The position numbers and the translations under genes are program-made. From positions 1-64,000 of the IMG/VR virus record IMGVR_UViG_3300042090_003221: a stretch of DNA of 64,000 bases. One strand, 5' to 3'. Below the pieces are notes generated by a model, which saw only the letters and a program-made list of their open reading frames with translations, was not told where the DNA came from and ran no database searches. This document shows, one piece after another, positions 53,379 through 61,850 of this stretch. Position 1 is the stretch's first letter; each line of letters starts with the position of its first letter. Origin of the DNA: a virus.

Positions 53379-56300
53379 TCAGGCGACGTTCGGTCGGAAG
53401 ATCGAATGCCAAGCCGGATCGAGCTTGTCCTGAACGCCCTTGTAAAGCGCGCTCATCTTGTTGGACAGCTCGGTCCGGGCGACCGGATCCTTTGACTTCT
53501 GCCATTCCTGATACATATCGTGGCCGCCTTGCTTTTCCTTGGCGTCGAGCATGCCGGGCGCCCACATTTGGACCTCGCCGATCTGGCCGCTCTTGAAGCG
53601 CACCATCACCTTGCGGTCGAAATAGCCCTCTGGCGTCTTCGTCCAGCCCTCGTCGGCGACTTCGAAGTGACGCGCGAGCTGGCGCACCACCTTGTCGCTC
53701 TGGTCGGGCATCGGGGTGTCGAAGCCGCCGCGCACCGCGTCGTTGACCTCCTGAACGGTCTTGCCGCGCTCGAGCTTCTCCATGATGCGATCGGTCTTCT
53801 TGACGCCCGGATCCTTCCACTTGAGCCCGATGTCCTGGGCGGCCGCGGCGCAGACGTCGGCGAGCGCCTTCTGATTTTCGGGCGACATCGCGATGAGCTT
53901 GTTGACGTCCGACGGCGCGGACTTGCGCCAGAGGTTCTTGCGCTCCGACGCCCATTCGGGGCCGTGCGCCTTCAGGCCGGGGCGGTAGGGGCGCGCCTCG
54001 GCGACCGCGGGCGCCGCAGGAGCCGCAGGAGCTGCAGGAGCTGCAGCGGGTTTTGCGGCCGCTGGCGCGGCGGGCTTGGCCGCCTGGGCGGGGGCGGGCT
54101 TTGCCGCGGCCGTTGGCGTCGGCTTCGCGGCGGGGCCGCCAGCGGGCTTCCCTACGGCTTTGGACACGTCAGCCTTCGAGGGCATGGGCTGGTAGCCGGA
54201 ATGGCCGGTGAAAATCATGGGGCGGCCCTTGGCGTCTTTCGGCGGCGTGATGGCCTTTTCGCCGCCCTTGGCCTTCGACGCGGGCTTGGCCTCCGACTTG
54301 CCGCCCTTGGCCGGCTTCGCTTTCGCGCCGCCGCCGCCGGATCCGAACTGCCCGGCGTTGCCCGGCTGGCCGCGCTTGTGCTTGCCTTCGTCCCATTTGC
54401 CGGCATCGAGCGCGAGGGCGCGCAGGCCGCGGCGGAGCGGGTCGGCGTCCATCGCCGGCGCCGGGCAGTCGCGCGCAGGCGCACGCGAGGGCTTGGCGGC
54501 CGCGGCGAGCTTGCGCAGGCCGGCGGCGATAGGGCAGGCGTCCATAGCGGCGTCCTTGGCTTTGGGGCGGGCTGCAGGCTTATTTTCTATCGGCGAGACG
54601 TTGTATTCAGCGCCGCCGCGGGCGAATCCTTGCTTCTCGCGCTCGGTCGGGACGTAGGGCTTGCCGGTGCTCGCGTCGATCGGGCCTCCGCCAGATTTAG
54701 GGGAGGCCGCTCCGAATTTAGCCAGTGTTCCCTCGATCTGGCGCTGCAGGTCCGGGCTCTTGCCGTGAACGTGGCCGAGCGCTTGCTGAAGCGCGTCAAT
54801 GGTCGCCTTGCGGTCGCCCTTGGCGTTAAACTCGCGCGCCGCGTTGATCGCTGTGTGAGCCGCGACCTCGTGCTGCGGCAAAGGCTTGTCGAGATCGCTC
54901 TCGGCGGGCTTGGCGGGGGAGGGGGAGGCCGCAGCGAGCTTTTCCGGATCGCCACGGCTAAGCCGATCAACAATACCGTGCATGCCGGCGTTCTTCAGCG
55001 CCTCAATCGAGCCGTGCTGCTTCAGGGCCTCGTAGTCTTTGTCGGTCGGCGCTGGCAAATTCGGCGCGCCGGTGATTTGCTGGCGGCCGAGCGACCCCTC
55101 CTTGTTCTGCATGCGTTGGATATCGGCCCACTCGTGCCCGAAGATCTTCCCGCCGTCGTGGTGATCTTTCGGCGGCGTAGCCGGCTTACGCGCTGTGGCG
55201 GGAGCCTTGAACTCGGCGGGCTTGGCGGCGGTGCTGCGGTTCGCGCGCGACCACTCTTGTACCGCGTCAACTTGGCTGCGGCCCTTGGCGCGTTCCTGAC
55301 GGACGTAGTCTTGCACGCTCATGGACGTCGGCGAACCGCCCGCGGTAGCCTCGGGCTTGGCCGCAGGTTCCTTGGGGTCCTGCGACCCGACCGCCTGCGT
55401 CTTGCGCAGCTGGTGACCGCGCTCGCCGCCGGCGCCCTCCGGGGCGGCTTCGAAGGTGTGCTCGCCGTTCGACCACTGCGGCAACCGGCTGTGTTCGACC
55501 GGGTTGAAGCCGTTTGCCTTCATGTGCGCGTCGAGCTTGGCGAAATGGTCCTTGTCGGAGAAGGAGGCTTGCGACTTGTGGCTCTCGATCGCGCCGCCTT
55601 CGCCCGCGACCCTGCGGTAGCCGAGGCCGCCGAGCTTCAGGCCGGCGCCCTTGCCCTCAGCCGGCTTGCCCTTGGCCGACTGTGAGAACTTCGCGGCCCA
55701 GGCGACGTCTGGATTTCCGGCCGGTTCTTGAGCCGGGGCGGCGTTGCCGGACGCGCCGGCCGCCTCCTTCGGCGGGTCGACCTTCTGGACCTCCCACTTG
55801 CCGCTGCCCGATCGCTTGTCCGCGTCGCGCTCGGCCGCGGCTTTGTTCACGCTCCAGCCGACGACGTGACCCGCCGGCTGCTCGCCACCTTGGCTGACGA
55901 CGGCGTAAAGCGGCTGAGGCTTCGCGCCGCGCTCGGCTTGGCCTGCCCAGAACTTGCGCATCAGGTCGTTGGGTTTAGCCGGCACGCCAGTGCTGGCGCT
56001 GGCGGGCTTGGCGGCTTTGGCGGCGCCCTTGGCCAGGGCGGGGTCGTCGCTGCCGCGCATCTGCTCGTCGAGCAAGGCCTTCTTGTTCTTCAGCGTGGCG
56101 TAGCTCTCGCCGCCGAGCTTTTCGATCTCGGCGTTGGCCTTCGCGTAGTCGCTGAAGTGCTTGTCGCCCTTCGCGCGCGCGGCCCGCGTCGGGCTTCTGA
56201 TCGCGGCCTCATAGGCGCTGTAGGCCTCATGGGCACGGCGCGTTGCGTTTGCGAGATCCTTATCCACGTTGCGCCCGCCCGCGCGCATGGCCTCTTTCTC

Positions 56301-57005
56301 GGCGTTGCGGGCGGCGACGAACTCCTGTTCCAGGGCCTTCATTTCCGGCCCGTTCATCTTCTCGTCGTGGCGCTTGCCGTTCGCGCGCATCGCCTCTTCG
56401 TGCATCTTCTCGGCGGCGGCGACGTCTTTCGTCCGCGTCATGTGCTCGTGCGCTTTGGCGTAAGCCGCCTTGTCGGCCTCGTCGCGCTCCTTGAAGTGCT
56501 TGGCGGAGAGCTCGGAGATCGCGTTCTTGATCTCGTGCGAGGGGCGGGGCGCCTTCGGCTTCGGCTTGTCGCTCAGATGCTCGGAGCCCGGGCCGGAGAA
56601 CGCGGCGTGCGCGCTCGTGCGCGAGTTCGCGCGGCCCTTGCCGGCGCCGCGCGCCTCGCCGATCGGCTTCCCGTTGAACTTGCCGCCCATGCCGCCCTTG
56701 ATCTCGCCGTTCTCGCCGATCAGGACCGGTGTCCCGGGGCCGTTCGCGTTCGGGTGGACGGTGATCCACTTGTCGGCATCCATCGCGAGCCGCGCGAGGC
56801 CGCGCCGCACCGCTGTATCAAGCGCCATCGTTCCGTCGCCCGCCATCTCTTCCCCCGCGTCATCGTTGTCCGGATAATCGTCCCAGCCGCCGGTCGCGGT
56901 GAGCATCTTGTCGGTGTCGCCGGCGTCCGGGTTGCTGAACTCTTCCTCGGAGATCTCCGGCAGCTCGTAATTCGGGTCTTTCGGGACCGGCATGAGCTTA
57001 CGCAT
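53379..57005 (-). CDS. Large polyvalent protein with C-terminal RelA/SpoT-like nucleotidyltransferase
   Basis: VKK.DR..EK, NDAVRG, GYFD, GEVQMW, GH.MY; N-terminal LAMDA-WITVH module. Confidence 0.82.
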   Translation of the reverse strand: MRKLMPVPKDPNYELPEISEEEFSNPDAGDTDKMLTATGGWDDYPDNDDAGEEMAGDGTMALDTAVRRGLARLAMDADKWITVHPNANGPGTPVLIGENGEIKGGMGGKFNGKPIGEARGAGKGRANSRTSAHAAFSGPGSEHLSDKPKPKAPRPSHEIKNAISELSAKHFKERDEADKAAYAKAHEHMTRTKDVAAAEKMHEEAMRANGKRHDEKMNGPEMKALEQEFVAARNAEKEAMRAGGRNVDKDLANATRRAHEAYSAYEAAIRSPTRAARAKGDKHFSDYAKANAEIEKLGGESYATLKNKKALLDEQMRGSDDPALAKGAAKAAKPASASTGVPAKPNDLMRKFWAGQAERGAKPQPLYAVVSQGGEQPAGHVVGWSVNKAAAERDADKRSGSGKWEVQKVDPPKEAAGASGNAAPAQEPAGNPDVAWAAKFSQSAKGKPAEGKGAGLKLGGLGYRRVAGEGGAIESHKSQASFSDKDHFAKLDAHMKANGFNPVEHSRLPQWSNGEHTFEAAPEGAGGERGHQLRKTQAVGSQDPKEPAAKPEATAGGSPTSMSVQDYVRQERAKGRSQVDAVQEWSRANRSTAAKPAEFKAPATARKPATPPKDHHDGGKIFGHEWADIQRMQNKEGSLGRQQITGAPNLPAPTDKDYEALKQHGSIEALKNAGMHGIVDRLSRGDPEKLAAASPSPAKPAESDLDKPLPQHEVAAHTAINAAREFNAKGDRKATIDALQQALGHVHGKSPDLQRQIEGTLAKFGAASPKSGGGPIDASTGKPYVPTEREKQGFARGGAEYNVSPIENKPAARPKAKDAAMDACPIAAGLRKLAAAAKPSRAPARDCPAPAMDADPLRRGLRALALDAGKWDEGKHKRGQPGNAGQFGSGGGGAKAKPAKGGKSEAKPASKAKGGEKAITPPKDAKGRPMIFTGHSGYQPMPSKADVSKAVGKPAGGPAAKPTPTAAAKPAPAQAAKPAAPAAAKPAAAPAAPAAPAAPAVAEARPYRPGLKAHGPEWASERKNLWRKSAPSDVNKLIAMSPENQKALADVCAAAAQDIGLKWKDPGVKKTDRIMEKLERGKTVQEVNDAVRGGFDTPMPDQSDKVVRQLARHFEVADEGWTKTPEGYFDRKVMVRFKSGQIGEVQMWAPGMLDAKEKQGGHDMYQEWQKSKDPVARTELSNKMSALYKGVQDKLDPAWHSIFRPNVA

Positions 57006-58611
57006 GGTCGCGCCCCTTGTGATCGAACAGCCAGTCGACATGATCTTCGAGCTCTTTCGGCAACGTGCCGCGCTTGTATTCCGGCGACGTTACCAGCGCG
57101 GCGAGCTCCGCGTCGGTTTCTTTGATGTTCGTCGTCGCGTATTCACTGATATTCTCGCGGATCCACTTCTGCCGCGTCGTGTAGTCGATATTCAGCTTTT
57201 GCAGCACGCCCATAAGCCGGTCGGCTGACCGAACGCTCGATCGTAGGCCAAGGGCGTGCGCGAGTTCATGAACAATAGTCGCGCGCGCTTGGTCTTTGCT
57301 CGATGCGCTGACGGACCAATTCGCCTTTCCCGCAGCGATGCGCGCGTCGTTGGCTTCGGCTTGCCCTTGATTGAATTCGCCCCGCTTCGACGGGCTGATC
57401 GAAAAATACCCGACATCACCCTTGCCGGGCTCATTCCTGTACCATGCATGGCCGCAGGACTTGCCCGTCGAGCCCGCCGCCAAGACGACATGAGCCTTCG
57501 ACAGCGCCTTCTTGACGTCGAAGCCGTCGGCTTCCAACTTCGTCAGCGCGTCATTCACTTGCGAGACGATCTCCCGCATGCCCTTCGCCGAGGCGCCGGA
57601 CTGCGTGATATCGATCGGGGTGTGCCCCTTTATGCGGTAGCCCGGGTCGCTTCGCTTGGCCTCAATGATCTTATTGTATTGCTCACGCTTGGCCTTGCCA
57701 TCTTCGCCGTCCTTATCCGGGTGTTTATACCACTCGGAGAACGCCTTCTTGTCGTCGCCGTGCTTAACGCCGTTGATGAAACCGAGGCCGAAGCGCTCTT
57801 TCATGTAGTCGTGAATTTCTTTTGGCGTATCTTTGGCAAACGATTTTCCGCCCGTCGATTCAGCCTTTTTCTTAGTCTTGGGCTGATCCTTTTTGGCTTC
57901 TTTTTCGAGGCGCTTAATTTCGCTTTTGTGTTTATTGTAACCAAAAGCGTGGTTGTTCATTTCATTTCGGCGGGTCTTCGCCCAATCCTTCCACGACAAA
58001 TAAGCCGCATGGTGCGCGGCCATCGCCTTGCGGTGTTCGTCGAGCGTTTTGGCGTTCTCGCTGAGTTTGTTGGCCTCATCCGACAGATGGGCCTTCTTGA
58101 CCCTCTCGAACTCGTACGCTTCCTTGCTGCCGTAGGGGTGCGGGTTCTTGGCGCGCGGATCGAACGGCGGCGCTTCCGGCGGCTTCGGCGCTTCGGCGGG
58201 CTTCGGAAGCGCGAGCCGCTTCTCCGGTCCAGGGCCGAGCCAAATCGCCGGCGAGTGCTGGCTGGTCGAGCCGGACTTCGCCGCGCTCTTGCTGCTCGGA
58301 TTGACGAACTTGCCGTTGAGCTTGCCGCCGGCGCCGCCGATGATCTGCCCTGCGCCGTTGATCAGCGCGGGCTGACCCTTGTTGTCGGGGCCGTTGGGAT
58401 GGATCGTGATCCAGTGCTCGGCGTCCATCGCGAGCCCGCGCCAGCCCGCGGCGTCGTGCGCCGCGCCGCCGAAGCCCGTGAGATCGACGATCTCGGACGT
58501 CCCGCGGAAGACGACGCCGGCGGCGATCTTCGGCGCGGCGTCGGCGGCAAGGCGCGGCTTTCCCAGCGTAGCGGCGAAAGATCGCCAACCGCTTGCGGAT
58601 GCGTCGGTCAT
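56998..58611 (-). CDS. Polyvalent-type protein with C-terminal zincin metallopeptidase
   Basis: IVHELAH...ISEYATTN..E..AE; LAMDA-WITIH module. Confidence 0.82.
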   Translation of the reverse strand: MTDASASGWRSFAATLGKPRLAADAAPKIAAGVVFRGTSEIVDLTGFGGAAHDAAGWRGLAMDAEHWITIHPNGPDNKGQPALINGAGQIIGGAGGKLNGKFVNPSSKSAAKSGSTSQHSPAIWLGPGPEKRLALPKPAEAPKPPEAPPFDPRAKNPHPYGSKEAYEFERVKKAHLSDEANKLSENAKTLDEHRKAMAAHHAAYLSWKDWAKTRRNEMNNHAFGYNKHKSEIKRLEKEAKKDQPKTKKKAESTGGKSFAKDTPKEIHDYMKERFGLGFINGVKHGDDKKAFSEWYKHPDKDGEDGKAKREQYNKIIEAKRSDPGYRIKGHTPIDITQSGASAKGMREIVSQVNDALTKLEADGFDVKKALSKAHVVLAAGSTGKSCGHAWYRNEPGKGDVGYFSISPSKRGEFNQGQAEANDARIAAGKANWSVSASSKDQARATIVHELAHALGLRSSVRSADRLMGVLQKLNIDYTTRQKWIRENISEYATTNIKETDAELAALVTSPEYKRGTLPKELEDHVDWLFDHKGRDHA

Positions 58612-58726
58612 GTGTTGAGCTTCCCCTCGAATGATCAAAACTTCGGCCGATGCGTGGCAGAGGCGAAAAACGCCTTTGACTGCCGAGAGTCTGTGTGTGA
58701 TGCTCCAATCAACCAGGGAGCGTTAT

Positions 58727-58948
58727 GTGATGAAATATACCAAACAAGAATTGGACGAAGCAGCTATCTACGACTTAGCGATCGATGCCCGCACTTCGCG
58801 GGAGCAGGCAGAGAACGGCCCGTATTTTCCAGAAATCGGCATTACCCGCGAAAGCTGCATTGCCTACGCTGAAAAGTGCGAGCGCTCCATTGAGAGATAC
58901 AAAGACGGTGGGGCGCACGCGTTTGTCTTGGGCAAAGAATCGCTTTAG
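58727..58948 (+). CDS. Small hypothetical protein convergent on the zincin gene
   Basis: GGGAG RBS; TTGACT upstream; stop overlaps the zincin stop. Confidence 0.6.
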   Translation: MMKYTKQELDEAAIYDLAIDARTSREQAENGPYFPEIGITRESCIAYAEKCERSIERYKDGGAHAFVLGKESL

Positions 58949-59715
58949 GTCTTCCGGGCCGTCTTAATCAGGTCCGACCACATGGCGTCAGCTAATTTCT
59001 GCGCGTGGTCGGAAAACATGCCGGCAGAGGATTTCTTGGTTTCATACGCGACGAAGCTTTCGGCCATGAACTCGAAAATGTTCTCCGCGCCATACGCTGA
59101 GGTCTGATTGTTAACAATGTTCAACGGACCTTTCCCACTATAACCCAGGTGCCCGTAGACGATTTTCCAGAATTTCTTGAAGCCTATCTTGTCTTCTAGT
59201 TTCGACGCGAGCAGGTGCCCGAATTCATGCGTCATGACGCCGCCGACGGAAGGGTCATTCATCATTCCGTCCCATTCCTTGGCGTATTTTTCTAGGCCTT
59301 CTTTTGTCCATGCTTTAGGACTCAGATTTATGTTGTTTCCGGAGCGATAAGCCAGCGCTCCCTCGCGTTCGTTTTCTTCTACCTTCGGTGACCCCGCCTC
59401 CGGATATTTTTTCGAAAGCTCGGCGACCCTGGAGTGCGCGACGGTCTTATGGTCATTCTTTCCCCGGACCTCGGAAATGTTTTTGCCCGTAAATTTTCCG
59501 CCTAGACCGCCTTTGACTTCGCCGTTAGCGCCGAGCAATACAGGGGATCCGGGGCCTTCTTTGTTGCCGTGAACTGTGATCCACTTCTCGCCAGCATCCA
59601 TTGCCAGGGCGCGCCATCCTGCCCGCGCCGCCCTCACCTTGCCGTCCTGCGCAAGGCGCGGCTTCGCTACAGCGGCGGCAAAGCTTCGCCAACCGCTCGC
59701 AAGTGCGTCGGGCAT
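58945..59715 (-). CDS. Zincin metallopeptidase with shared N-terminal module
   Basis: THEFGH...SAYG..N..EF.AESF; LAMDA-WITVH module. Confidence 0.82.
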   Translation of the reverse strand: MPDALASGWRSFAAAVAKPRLAQDGKVRAARAGWRALAMDAGEKWITVHGNKEGPGSPVLLGANGEVKGGLGGKFTGKNISEVRGKNDHKTVAHSRVAELSKKYPEAGSPKVEENEREGALAYRSGNNINLSPKAWTKEGLEKYAKEWDGMMNDPSVGGVMTHEFGHLLASKLEDKIGFKKFWKIVYGHLGYSGKGPLNIVNNQTSAYGAENIFEFMAESFVAYETKKSSAGMFSDHAQKLADAMWSDLIKTARKT

Positions 59716-59750
59716 GGTGTAGAGGTTCCCTGTTTCAGGAGGCGGGTCTG

Positions 59751-60104
59751 ATGATCGACGCGGCGACGCTTGCCGAGGCGCTCCAAATTCCGGAGCGGTT
59801 CTTGACGGCGACGGATTCGGCGCTTGGCGATTTTGTCGAGGCGCTCAATCTCGCTTCAGAGGCCGTGACTGTGGACACGGGGCGCGGCGCGCGCGCAATA
59901 CTCCGTCCCGACGGGAGCCCTGCCGAAGCCGGCGACTTCCGTCAAGGGGAGCGCATTGAGCTCCGCGAATATCAAGTAGGGAATATGGTCGCGAGCTCGA
60001 CCGCCGGCCCGGTCTTCTGGAACGACGGCAGCTTCTTTATCGACGGCGGCGGCAACCGGAAACAGCGCCGGGCGGCGCGGTCTTCGCGCGCTGGTACGCG
60101 ATGA
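59751..60104 (+). CDS. Hypothetical protein
   Basis: AGGAGG RBS; ends GNRKQRRAARS. Confidence 0.6.
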   Translation: MIDAATLAEALQIPERFLTATDSALGDFVEALNLASEAVTVDTGRGARAILRPDGSPAEAGDFRQGERIELREYQVGNMVASSTAGPVFWNDGSFFIDGGGNRKQRRAARSSRAGTR

Positions 60105-60141
60105 CCGACTCCGCGAGGGGGCCGTTCAGAGGCGCCGCGGC

Positions 60142-60369
60142 TTAGTTGACCGTGGGCGCCGGCGTGGCGGGCGGCGACACCGGCGCCGCGGGATCGCGCG
60201 GGACAGCCGGGACGTTGACCCAGAACTCGCCGTCCTGACCCTGCCATTTCTGTTTCAGGCTGCCGTCGGGGCCGAAGCACAGATAGGCCGTCGGGGTCGG
60301 ATAGGCGCCAACCGCGGCGTTGACCGCGGCCTCAGTCGCCTCGATGCTCTCGCGCATTGCATCAACCAT
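60142..60369 (-). CDS. Hypothetical protein
   Basis: AAGGAG RBS directly after MuF. Confidence 0.62.
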   Translation of the reverse strand: MVDAMRESIEATEAAVNAAVGAYPTPTAYLCFGPDGSLKQKWQGQDGEFWVNVPAVPRDPAAPVSPPATPAPTVN

Positions 60370-60384
60370 AGTCTCTTCTCCTTG

Positions 60385-61158
60385 TTAAAACGGGATAATC
60401 GGCTCTCCGACGCATCGGCAATTGAAGATCTGGCCGGGCAGGGAGTGATGGTCCGGGGGATCGCAGAGCGGCGGGTTGAGGTATTCAAACGCTTTGCCGT
60501 TCAGCCTGCGGTGACCGGGGCGGACATCGGAGTCGCCGATCGTGCGCCAGATGAAGTGGGTGCATCCGATCGACTGCGCCCGGGTCTGCGTCAGCACGCT
60601 CCCGGTGCGGGCAACCTCGGTGCGCGCGATCAGCGTCGCCCTCGAGCGCGAGACCTCGCCGGTGCGCATGATCTCGGCGATGTAGGCCGCGGGTCGCTTC
60701 CCCTCGGTGATGCCGGCGAGCGTGACCTTGCGGACGCGCTCCGCGGCCTCGCGCGGAATCGAGGTGATGAGCGAGGTCTGCTCGTTGAGCAGCGCCTGCA
60801 TGACGCCGCCGACGGGGGTGTCGTCGATCTCGCGCCGCAGGTTGCGGCCGATGCGCGCCGCGGCCTCCTTCCAGCCCTGGAGGTCGCGCGAAGACATCTC
60901 GGTGATCATGCGCGTCGTCACGGAGCGCGCCCAGGGATCAAGGATCTTGGCGTATTGCTCGAGCTGGATCTGGACCGCCTCATAGACCGCGGGGTCGGTG
61001 AGGTCGAACCCCGCGATGAGGTCTTGAACGACCTGCGCCACCTTGCGGAGCTGGCGCGCGTACTTGCCCTCGACAACGCGGGCGCGCTTGTACGCCTTGC
61101 CGGCCGGAGTGTCTCCGGCGCGGTCGAAGGCGTGGTCGAGGCGGACGAGGGCGTTCAC
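60385..61158 (-). CDS. MuF/SPP1 gp7-family head morphogenesis protein (no toxin extension)
   Basis: LI.SIP.EAA.RV; RA.LIARTE; W.T..D..VR..H; PG.I.NCRC; GTGA-coupled start. Confidence 0.92.
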   Translation of the reverse strand: MNALVRLDHAFDRAGDTPAGKAYKRARVVEGKYARQLRKVAQVVQDLIAGFDLTDPAVYEAVQIQLEQYAKILDPWARSVTTRMITEMSSRDLQGWKEAAARIGRNLRREIDDTPVGGVMQALLNEQTSLITSIPREAAERVRKVTLAGITEGKRPAAYIAEIMRTGEVSRSRATLIARTEVARTGSVLTQTRAQSIGCTHFIWRTIGDSDVRPGHRRLNGKAFEYLNPPLCDPPDHHSLPGQIFNCRCVGEPIIPF

Positions 61159-61349
61159 GAGACGGCCCGCATCCGCAGCTCGCGCCGGCGTCTTGCGATG
61201 GCAGCCTTGACCTCCTCGACGCCGAGAACCGACGGAAAGCGAGCGCTCATGCAATGACCCGTCACGTCGTCGAGATACGTTGCTGTCGTGCCGTATTGAT
61301 CGCCGTAGACGTAGGGACGAACGATAATCATTGAAATAAAGTCGTTCAT
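61155..61349 (-). CDS. Hypothetical protein
   Basis: AGGA RBS; coupled to MuF. Confidence 0.55.
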   Translation of the reverse strand: MNDFISMIIVRPYVYGDQYGTTATYLDDVTGHCMSARFPSVLGVEEVKAAIARRRRELRMRAVS

Positions 61350-61427
61350 GGTCCTACCCGTTCAAAACGCGCCTTACGAGGGCGCCGTGGATCCAGTCGA
61401 CGTTGAGCCACCACGCCATTGCCCCGC

Positions 61428-61841
61428 TCAACCGAAAGGATACCCCGCCCCCGCCATGAGCGGAGAGACGTGCATGCCGGTGAACATGGCGAGCGACTGC
61501 CCCGGCCCGAGCGCGAGGACGAATGTCTCGCGCGGTTCCCCCGCTGCGGCGCCGTCCCTGTCCGCGCCGAGGATTAGCAGAGGGGAGGCCTCAAGATCAG
61601 CGCTGCGGGTCGCTGCGCTGACCGTCAACCAGAAGCCCGGCAGATAGGCGTGTACGGTGACGGTCTGGCTGTTGCCGAACTCGTCCGTCGCCGTGGAGGT
61701 TGTGTCGCCCGCATCAGACCAGACCTGCAGGCCAAGATTGACGACGTCGAGTCTCCAGCCCTCAGCGGTGACGTAGGCGGCGAGTGCCGGGTCGGCGATG
61801 GCGTCGGCCGGCGTCAGAGCGCAGAAGAGGTAGTCGATCAT
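61428..61841 (-). CDS. Partner protein of the head-spike-like fibre
   Basis: MIDY...PGFW..V pattern; follows the fibre gene. Confidence 0.65.
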   Translation of the reverse strand: MIDYLFCALTPADAIADPALAAYVTAEGWRLDVVNLGLQVWSDAGDTTSTATDEFGNSQTVTVHAYLPGFWLTVSAATRSADLEASPLLILGADRDGAAAGEPRETFVLALGPGQSLAMFTGMHVSPLMAGAGYPFG

Positions 61842-61850
61842 CTCATCGCC

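Noticed and set aside
54015-54046. 9-bp tandem repeat GCAGGAGCY as a phase-variation tract
   Set aside because: Unit length is a multiple of three and encodes a Pro/Ala linker
53520-58872. Long plus-strand ORFs (721, 465 and 538 aa) and similar antisense ORFs elsewhere
   Set aside because: Shadow frames opposite well-supported genes in GC-rich DNA; no recognisable motifs
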